The notes under the pieces: model-generated
Databases searched by the model: none
What the model was told of the DNA's origin: nothing
Seen by the model: the letters and a program-made list of their open reading frames with translations, nothing else
Position numbers and translations under genes: made by a program
Shown here: piece by piece, positions 53,476 through 60,353 of the stretch
Layout of the letters: each line of letters opens with the position of its first letter
Numbering within the stretch: position 1 is the first letter of the stretch
Assembly: GCA_946403215.1 (NCBI GenBank)
Contig: CAMIZG010000004.1
Coordinates: forward strand, 7,454-71,453
Source: an uncultured Bacteroidales bacterium
Lineage (GTDB): Bacteria; Bacteroidota; Bacteroidia; Bacteroidales; Paludibacteraceae
Reading direction: 5' to 3'
Length of the DNA stretch: 64,000 nt

Positions 53476-56400
53476 TCAAAAACCCACAATTTGCCCCATT
53501 ATTGAGTACATTTTTCCGTCCCGTAGGATAAATATCCTACCGTCACGCAACACTTTCTGAATGCTGTATGCAGACTGCTGATTGCTGATTGGTGACTGCT
53601 CTGCTGTGAATATCGGATTGCATCTGCCCGAACCGTACACCTCCATCTCCCACAGCGAGGAGCCGTAGCCGGTGTTCCGCTTCTTGCACAGCAGCCGCAC
53701 GTACTGACCTTTGCTGCCCTCCGGCAGTTGGATAGTCTGCGTGCCACCGGCAGCACCTGTTTTCGAATAAACGGTTTCGTAGGCTACAGCGTCGTCGCTG
53801 AGTAGCAGTTCATAATCCGTTGCATAGGCGTTCTCCCATATGAGGCGTACCGTCTCCAGCAGGTAGCAGTCCTGCAAATCGACTTCTATCCACTCGTTGT
53901 CCAGGAAACGGCTTGACCAACGGGTATCCGTCTTGCCGTCAAACGCCTTGTCGGCTCTGGTGCCGTCACCTTCAGCGCCCGAGGCGGTGGCAGGCTTGCC
54001 CAATGCGAGGTTCACCTCGGAGTACGGCTGCACGTGTATCACAGCGACAGCCTCTCCGCCTTGGCAGGTATAGGTCTGCTGGTAATCGCCTGTCTCGGTT
54101 GCGTAATAGGTATAATAGCACGTATCCAGCGCAAAGCCGAACTGGTTGACCGGACACACGGTGAACTCCTGCACTTCGCCTACAGGCATCGTGACCTCGG
54201 CAGGCCTAACGGTCACGTCCGCCACTTTCTCGCCCTCCAGTACGATGAGAGTGAGTGTGGCACTCACGCCTTGTACGGTAGCCTTCACCAGTACCTCACC
54301 GGCGCCGGTGGTGGTCACCTTGTTGCCCTGCAGCGTTGCCGCGCCGCTGACGAGTGCGTAACTCGCCGTAGCGTTCACCACTGTGCCCTGTACGTTATAG
54401 GCAACGGCGCTGAGCGTGGTGAACTGTCCTTCGCTGAGCACGGTGTCAACGGCTGCCAGTGCTACGGCAAACACCTTGCTTGCATCGCCCTGTAGCGGAC
54501 GGCCGTAAGCTTCCAGTTCGTAGAGCGAGGTGCCGTACTGCGTGGCGCGCTTGTTGCCCGTCAGACGGATATACCGTCCGCGTGAGGTTGCACCCTGCGC
54601 CATCATCTGCTGCGCCAGTTCCACGCGCTCCACACCACCCGACGAGGTAAGGCGCAGTGTTTGCCAATCGGTATTGTTGCTGCTCAGTCCGATGGTATAT
54701 TCGGAGGCATAAGCGGCTTCCCAACGCAGGACAAGGTGGTCAATATAGCAGGTTTCGCCCAGGTCAACGGTCGCGTACTCGTTGTCGTTGTGTGCCGAGC
54801 CCCAACGGGTGGAAACATCGCCGTCGGTGAGGTGCTTGGCCAGACATCCGGCATTCTCCTCGGAGGTGGCGGTGACGGGTTTGTTCAGCGCCAGGTTCGG
54901 GTACGGAAGGTCCCATGCCAGTTCGTCTTTCTGCTGGGGTGTGTTGTCATCGGCGATGGTTGCTGTCTCCTGTTTGCGCGTGCCGTCCGTCAGTGTCAGT
55001 CCGGGCTGCACGGTGAGTGTCATCGCGGCTGCACCGGTGAAGTGCACGGTCAGCGGCGACGAGCCTGCGTTATATACGGCGTATGTGGTCACACCGTTGC
55101 CGTCGGTATAGGCGCAAGCCAGCGGATGATCGCAACGGATGTCGTAGCGTTTCTCGCCCAGGCCTCTGTGGCTGTGCGTCAGCCAGTATGTTATACCGCC
55201 GGTATCGGGGTTCTTGGCGAGAGGCTTGCCCATCTGGTCCATCCTGTCCCAAACGCGGGCTGCACTGTCCGGCTCGAACAACGACAGATAGCTCAGGCAC
55301 ACGTTGCCCAAGCCCGACTCGTCGCCCAGACCGCCGGTGGCGGCCTCGTAATTGCCTATCTCCTTGCCCTTGTACATCTCGGTGTAGTCCCATCGCGTGA
55401 ACGCGAGGTCCTCGCTGAAGAAGTTTGACAGGATGGGCGAGATAGGCAGCCACTGTATCGAGTGCATCCAAACCGGATCGCCCGAGAACCAGGTCCACCA
55501 GCCTACTCCCTGCATGGTCAGGTTGCAGCAGTAAGGGTGCTTGTATTTGGTGTAGTCGATGTTACGACGATTACGGTCAAACCAGTACTCCGCAGCCGTA
55601 CGCGTCTCCAGGGTATAGCCGAAGATACCGGCCTCCAGCATCTCTTGGTCACCAAGTGCTGCGCCTAACATCCATACGCCACCCCAGCCTTGGATAGCCT
55701 CACTCGTGGACTCCTGGCCGTTGCCGTTGCCGCTGTTACCCAGGCCTCCGGCAAACGAGTGACCGCAATACGGGTCAAGGGTGCGGAACCACGGCTCATC
55801 GGCACTGCGCTGCCAGTTGGCGTAATCGCGGGCAACCTCGCGCGCCAAAGGACCGTACTGCTCACGGAAATCAGGATCAAGCATGCACAGCACGGCGGAG
55901 GCATACACAAAATAGCCGTAATGGAAATGGTGGTCGTTGAAGGTATCGCTGTCGTATGAACAGTCGAAGCCTACCAGGGCGCCCCAACGGTTGTAGCGTG
56001 CGAAGTACATACGCGGCTCGCCGGGCGTATAGGTGTACCAGTCGATGAGCGTTGTTTTCAGGCGCTGCTTGGCAAGGCGGAACGTAGCCGTATCCCCCAT
56101 CTGTAGGGCGAAGGTCATGTAATGCATCATCTGTATCAGGCCCTTGCCGCCCCAGTAGGTGTCACCGCCGAAGGTGCCGCGCGCCGCATAATCGGCGTTC
56201 AGCGCCGTCATGCGCTCCTTGGAAAAGCCTTCCGCCCATTGCAGCGGCTGCGGGAAGAACGGCAGGATACCGTGTACCGCATATACGAACGAGAAGCGGT
56301 TGCCCTCCAGCACCTTCATCGTGCCGCGCGGGCTCAAGTATGTGGCCGTGAAATCAGAATAGTTGCTGTTGTAATAGTGGTGCGGCAGGAAACCTATCAG

Positions 56401-57252
56401 ACAGTCAGCGGAGGAAGAGGTGGCACCAGTGGTTATATCCTCGGTGGTAAGGCTGAACGTGGTTGTCAGCTGCGACATGCCTGCATTATACGTATATTGA
56501 ACACGTGTGCCACGCGGAACACGCTTGGCGTACTGCGACACCTTGGCGGCGTCAATGCCGTCGGTCAGGAGTGCGAGCACCGTCCACTGCCTGCCGCGCT
56601 CCGAATAGGATGACACACTGTATTTGGTTGCATCGGGATTAACTACATTCACCTGAATACCTTGCGCCTCGACCCAAACGAGAGGCGAACCGTGGACACA
56701 GGTCACCCGCACCCAGGCATCGGCGTCCTGCATAATGAACGACACCGCGAAATCCGACCAACTGTCCACCAGCGCCTCGGTGAAGGCGGCACGCTTGCTG
56801 GTTGAAGTATTGGTGAACGAGGCAGTCAGCGGCGTGTCCCACTTCACCTCACATCCGGTCGGTTCCCAATAGGTGGGATAACCGACGGAGAGCCCTTCCT
56901 CGGTGGCTTCCGCCCAACCCGGGTAGAACCATATCTTGCCTGTCCATGTATTGACCAGCGCGTGTGTCCACCAGTCGTTGGTGGGTAGAGCCAGCGTACC
57001 GGGCTTGCTGCCGTCGGGTGCACCCAAACGCTGTAACAATGTGTCAGGAAGATATATCCTGCGATGCTCCATCTGGTAGGCCTGTGAGCCGCCACGCTCG
57101 GAGGTACGGCTGGCACTAAGCGGAGCGAACGAGGCATACGAACCGCCGCCGACACGCACCGGCTGCTGTGCGTTAACAACAATCAGACTGCCGAAAAGCA
57201 GCCCGCTGACGAGCGTAAACAGATAACCGATGGAGTGAAATGTGTTTTGCAT
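53476..57252 (-). CDS. GH81 endo-beta-1,3-glucanase fused to discoidin, Big_2 and discoidin domains, with short C-terminal tag
   Basis: GH81 signatures FNDHHFHYGYFVYASAVL and GQESTSEAIQGW are present. Two F5/8-type-C-like domains end RYIRLTG...LYELEAYG and QYVRLLC...LWEMEVYG. C-terminus is QQSAYSIQKVLRDGRIFILRDGKMYSIMGQIVGF. The track start at 57282 is TTG and overlaps the -7 box; the ATG at 57252 gives MQNTFHSIGYLFTLVSGLLFGSLIVVNAQQ. Confidence 0.85.
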   Translation of the reverse strand: MQNTFHSIGYLFTLVSGLLFGSLIVVNAQQPVRVGGGSYASFAPLSASRTSERGGSQAYQMEHRRIYLPDTLLQRLGAPDGSKPGTLALPTNDWWTHALVNTWTGKIWFYPGWAEATEEGLSVGYPTYWEPTGCEVKWDTPLTASFTNTSTSKRAAFTEALVDSWSDFAVSFIMQDADAWVRVTCVHGSPLVWVEAQGIQVNVVNPDATKYSVSSYSERGRQWTVLALLTDGIDAAKVSQYAKRVPRGTRVQYTYNAGMSQLTTTFSLTTEDITTGATSSSADCLIGFLPHHYYNSNYSDFTATYLSPRGTMKVLEGNRFSFVYAVHGILPFFPQPLQWAEGFSKERMTALNADYAARGTFGGDTYWGGKGLIQMMHYMTFALQMGDTATFRLAKQRLKTTLIDWYTYTPGEPRMYFARYNRWGALVGFDCSYDSDTFNDHHFHYGYFVYASAVLCMLDPDFREQYGPLAREVARDYANWQRSADEPWFRTLDPYCGHSFAGGLGNSGNGNGQESTSEAIQGWGGVWMLGAALGDQEMLEAGIFGYTLETRTAAEYWFDRNRRNIDYTKYKHPYCCNLTMQGVGWWTWFSGDPVWMHSIQWLPISPILSNFFSEDLAFTRWDYTEMYKGKEIGNYEAATGGLGDESGLGNVCLSYLSLFEPDSAARVWDRMDQMGKPLAKNPDTGGITYWLTHSHRGLGEKRYDIRCDHPLACAYTDGNGVTTYAVYNAGSSPLTVHFTGAAAMTLTVQPGLTLTDGTRKQETATIADDNTPQQKDELAWDLPYPNLALNKPVTATSEENAGCLAKHLTDGDVSTRWGSAHNDNEYATVDLGETCYIDHLVLRWEAAYASEYTIGLSSNNTDWQTLRLTSSGGVERVELAQQMMAQGATSRGRYIRLTGNKRATQYGTSLYELEAYGRPLQGDASKVFAVALAAVDTVLSEGQFTTLSAVAYNVQGTVVNATASYALVSGAATLQGNKVTTTGAGEVLVKATVQGVSATLTLIVLEGEKVADVTVRPAEVTMPVGEVQEFTVCPVNQFGFALDTCYYTYYATETGDYQQTYTCQGGEAVAVIHVQPYSEVNLALGKPATASGAEGDGTRADKAFDGKTDTRWSSRFLDNEWIEVDLQDCYLLETVRLIWENAYATDYELLLSDDAVAYETVYSKTGAAGGTQTIQLPEGSKGQYVRLLCKKRNTGYGSSLWEMEVYGSGRCNPIFTAEQSPISNQQSAYSIQKVLRDGRIFILRDGKMYSIMGQIVGF
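53557..53598. repeat. 42-bp element of six phased heptanucleotides inside the GH81 ORF
   Basis: Plus strand reads CTGAATG CTGTATG CAGACTG CTGATTG CTGATTG GTGACTG. It ends exactly at the start of the tag coding region (53556). Confidence 0.8.
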
Positions 57253-57279
57253 GATAAGTGAACAGGTGAAAATTTTTTG

Positions 57280-57287
57280 CAAAGGTA
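57280..57287 (-). promoter_or_regulatory. Candidate -7 promoter element for the GH81 gene
   Basis: Minus-strand TACCTTTG lies 28 nt upstream of the ATG at 57252. Confidence 0.4.
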
Positions 57288-57358
57288 CGTAAATAAATTT
57301 AAAAATGCAAACCTGTTCACTTGTTAGTGTAATCTTGTGAAAGAGATTTTAGGGATTT

Positions 57359-60313
57359 TCAGGGTTCTGACGTAATTTTTGTGAGGTGTTCTTTCAGGTT
57401 AGCCTGGGCGTCCAGCTCCATTTTGCAGCGCATGCGGTAGCGCAACATTTCTACGCCGCGGGTGGACAGCCCGAGCATGGGAGCCATCTCCTTGGTGAGC
57501 ATACCCATGCGGATATAGATGCACAGTTTGCGTTCCTGCTTGCTCATCCAGGGATAGCGCTCGGTGAGGCGTTTGCAGAAACCTGCATTCACCTCGTCGA
57601 AGTTCTCCTCAAACCGCTGCCAGTCGATGCTGTCGTCCTTCTCCTCCAGCAGGCGCTGCTTCAGCGATTGCAGACGTTCCTCCGCCTTCTTGATGTTATG
57701 GCTTTGCAGTTCGTGTATCGTCTTGTCCAGTGCTTCAGTCAGTCGTGCCACCTCCTCCTGACGGCCTGCTTCCTCGTGCAGAATACGGCTGAGCTCCTGG
57801 CTCTTGGCCTGCAGGCGCGTCTGTGCTTTATCGTTCTCCAGTTGCAGGATGCGCAGTTGCTGCTCATGCAGGGTTTTGCGCTTGGAGCGCTCCGCCAGCA
57901 TATACAGAAGCCAACCTATCACAAACAGCCATCCGCAGAGAACCATGACAAGCAGGGTACGCGCCCACCATGTTCTGTACCACGGAGGGAGGATGGTGAA
58001 GGTCCATGCGCGGCGGATCTCCTCCTGTACGGCGCCCTCGGCAGCCGTGCGGCAGATTACCTCCAGCGTGTAGTTATCCTCCTCCAGCGAGGAGCACTCG
58101 TAGTACGCTCTTGTCGTGAACGGCGTGAACTCCTTATCGCGGGGCAGGAGGCGGAAGGCGTACTGCGTATTGTCGGCAGGTACGCGGTTGATGGCACAAC
58201 TGAACCGCAAGGTGTGGTTGTCGTACGGCAGGGTAAATATCTCTTTGTCTTTACGTGCTTTGTCCTTGCTCTCAGCGGTTTGCCTGTCTGTCCGGCCTGT
58301 ATTCAGCGATTCGCCATATACTGTCTCCCCGTCCTGATTAATCAGATTCACCTCACGCAGATATAACTGCAGCGGACCGCCGGCTGCTGATAGCTGATAA
58401 CTGATAGCTGACGGCTGACGGCTGACCGTCAATCTATTATACCCTTGCAGCGTGCCTACGATATACGCGCCATCGGACTCATAGACGTTCTCAAACCCGC
58501 CCACAAAATCCGTTTCGCCGCTATACAAGGGCTGTGCAGCACGATAGTTCTCCCCCTCGCGTACGCGGATATAGAGTATGCCGTCCTGCACATAGAGGAT
58601 GTTTCCCCCGCTGTCCATGTAGGTGAGGGCGTAATACCCTTCCCCGTTGAGGCGGTCAAAGATTGACCGGTCACGGCGGAGCACGCCGTCAGCGCCCACC
58701 ACGCGGCAGTAGTCGCGGCAGCTGATGAGTATCTGCTCACCCAGCCGGCTTATGTTGAACCAGTCATGTACAGCATTGTAGGGTTGGACGGAGTGAACGC
58801 TGAGTGTCTGTTCATCCGTCCACTCAAGCCGTACGACGCCCGATGTGGCGACAGCCCAAACGGCACCGGTGCGGTCCACCTGCCAGCGGAAAGCGGTATC
58901 GTCAAAGCCCTTGACTTTGGTCATGTGCCACATGGTACCACTTAAAGATTGGAAGATTTCAAGATTTGAAGATTTATTATCCGAGCTAAGCCGTGGAAGA
59001 TTTGAAGATTTGTCCAGCACCCAGAAGCCGGAATAACTGCCGGCGATGATGCGTCCGTCGGGTAGCTGCTGCACTTTCCAGAAGCCCTCATCGGTGCACA
59101 AGGGTTTGACTCGTGTACCTTCGACGACAAACAGTCCTCTGTTATGGCAGCAGAACACCGTACCGTCCAGCTCGTTCAGGCTCCACACCTGCCCCATACT
59201 ACCCTCTACAAGTTGCAGGGGCAGCGCGGTGTTGGTGCGCGTGTAGAGGCCCTGATTAGTGCCGTAGTAGTAGCGCATCCGGCTGCCTTCCTGCACACGC
59301 AGAGCGGCATAGCCCGTGCCGAAGTCCGTCTGCGGGTCGCTCAGGTACTGCCTGGTGGACGCCAGCTGCACATAATCGATGCCCTGGTCCAGCCCGACCC
59401 AGAGGTTGTCGCGGCAGTCGAACGCCATGGACAGGACGGTATTGTTCTGCAGTCCGTCGGGACGCGAGATGTAGCGGCACTGGGTGCCGTCGGTATTGAC
59501 CACAACAATGCCCTGAAGAACCGTACCCAAGGCAATCTTGTCGCCACGTACGGCAAAGGTGTAGAGCTGGTTCTTGCGAATGAACGCATCCGCCTCAGTG
59601 CGGAAAGGAGCTATCTGCGTGCCATCGTAGACGAACAGACCGCCGAGGTCGGTGGCTATAAGGAGCCTCTCGGCATCCAAGGCCTGAATGCAGCGCACCT
59701 CATAGCCACGGAGTATATCCGAACCATGAATACGGTTCATGCGCGTGCCGCTGAGCAGATAGAGGCCGTTATCCGTACCGACATAAACCGCACCGCCTAT
59801 CTGTTCGGCGCAGAACACGCGGCTGGCTACCTTTACCGTCTGCAGGTTCTCCAGCTGACGGTCAGCGGTATAGGTGCCTACGATAATCAGGTGACGCGTC
59901 ATAAAATACACCTGACGGTCCACCACCTCGATGTCCCACACCTCACCAAAGGTTGGTTCGATGTCCGAGAGGAGTGACGTATATTGCAGTCCGCCGGTTG
60001 ACGTAGGGGTAAAGACGCCGAAATCATTAGTTGCGCCGATAAATAGCGCACGGTCATCGAGCCTGGCAATGCTGCGCGGCAGGTTGCCGTAATAGAGGCC
60101 ATACACACGCCACTCGGCACCGTCGAACTCAAGCAGGCCGTAGTTGTTAGCCGCATAAAGCCAGCCGTTGGCTGTGGTTACCAGCTGCCAGTTCTGCGTA
60201 CCGGCGGCATAATCGGCCACGGCATAGTTGGTCACGGGCACGTTCCATCCGGCATTAATAGCAGGCGAGCATGTAATAAGAAACAATAGTAGTATAGAGT
60301 GTAATCGTTTCAT
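57359..60313 (-). CDS. Membrane-spanning one-component regulator: periplasmic beta-propeller + Y_Y_Y sensor, one TM, coiled coil, C-terminal HTH (no kinase or receiver)
   Basis: The ATG at 60313 gives MKRLHSILLLFLITCSPAINA. The sensor resembles the hybrid two-component system (HTCS) type (NYAVADYAAGTQNWQLV...). A Y_Y_Y-like segment (TQYAFRLLPRDKEFTPF) and TM WWARTLLVMVLCGWLFVIGWLLYML follow. C-terminus is MSKQERKLCIYIRMGMLTKEMAPMLGLSTRGVEMLRYRMRCKM. The track ORF's upstream extension (to 60700) overlaps the neighbouring gene and is rejected. Confidence 0.8.
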   Translation of the reverse strand: MKRLHSILLLFLITCSPAINAGWNVPVTNYAVADYAAGTQNWQLVTTANGWLYAANNYGLLEFDGAEWRVYGLYYGNLPRSIARLDDRALFIGATNDFGVFTPTSTGGLQYTSLLSDIEPTFGEVWDIEVVDRQVYFMTRHLIIVGTYTADRQLENLQTVKVASRVFCAEQIGGAVYVGTDNGLYLLSGTRMNRIHGSDILRGYEVRCIQALDAERLLIATDLGGLFVYDGTQIAPFRTEADAFIRKNQLYTFAVRGDKIALGTVLQGIVVVNTDGTQCRYISRPDGLQNNTVLSMAFDCRDNLWVGLDQGIDYVQLASTRQYLSDPQTDFGTGYAALRVQEGSRMRYYYGTNQGLYTRTNTALPLQLVEGSMGQVWSLNELDGTVFCCHNRGLFVVEGTRVKPLCTDEGFWKVQQLPDGRIIAGSYSGFWVLDKSSNLPRLSSDNKSSNLEIFQSLSGTMWHMTKVKGFDDTAFRWQVDRTGAVWAVATSGVVRLEWTDEQTLSVHSVQPYNAVHDWFNISRLGEQILISCRDYCRVVGADGVLRRDRSIFDRLNGEGYYALTYMDSGGNILYVQDGILYIRVREGENYRAAQPLYSGETDFVGGFENVYESDGAYIVGTLQGYNRLTVSRQPSAISYQLSAAGGPLQLYLREVNLINQDGETVYGESLNTGRTDRQTAESKDKARKDKEIFTLPYDNHTLRFSCAINRVPADNTQYAFRLLPRDKEFTPFTTRAYYECSSLEEDNYTLEVICRTAAEGAVQEEIRRAWTFTILPPWYRTWWARTLLVMVLCGWLFVIGWLLYMLAERSKRKTLHEQQLRILQLENDKAQTRLQAKSQELSRILHEEAGRQEEVARLTEALDKTIHELQSHNIKKAEERLQSLKQRLLEEKDDSIDWQRFEENFDEVNAGFCKRLTERYPWMSKQERKLCIYIRMGMLTKEMAPMLGLSTRGVEMLRYRMRCKMELDAQANLKEHLTKITSEP
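58387..58428. repeat. 42-bp element of six phased heptanucleotides inside the regulator ORF
   Basis: Plus strand reads CTGATAG CTGATAA CTGATAG CTGACGG CTGACGG CTGACCG. It encodes RQPSAISYQLSA at the propeller / Y_Y_Y junction. Confidence 0.8.
58945..59010. repeat. Octanucleotide (AAGATTTN) tandem repeats, 4 + 2 copies, inside the regulator ORF
   Basis: AAGATT occurs at 58945, 58953, 58961 and 58969 (period 8), and again at 58997 and 59005. The region encodes KSSNLPRLSSDNKSSNLEIFQSL. Confidence 0.75.
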
Positions 60314-60353
60314 GATACAAAACAGCGCCGGGGAATGCATGCGAATGCGAACG

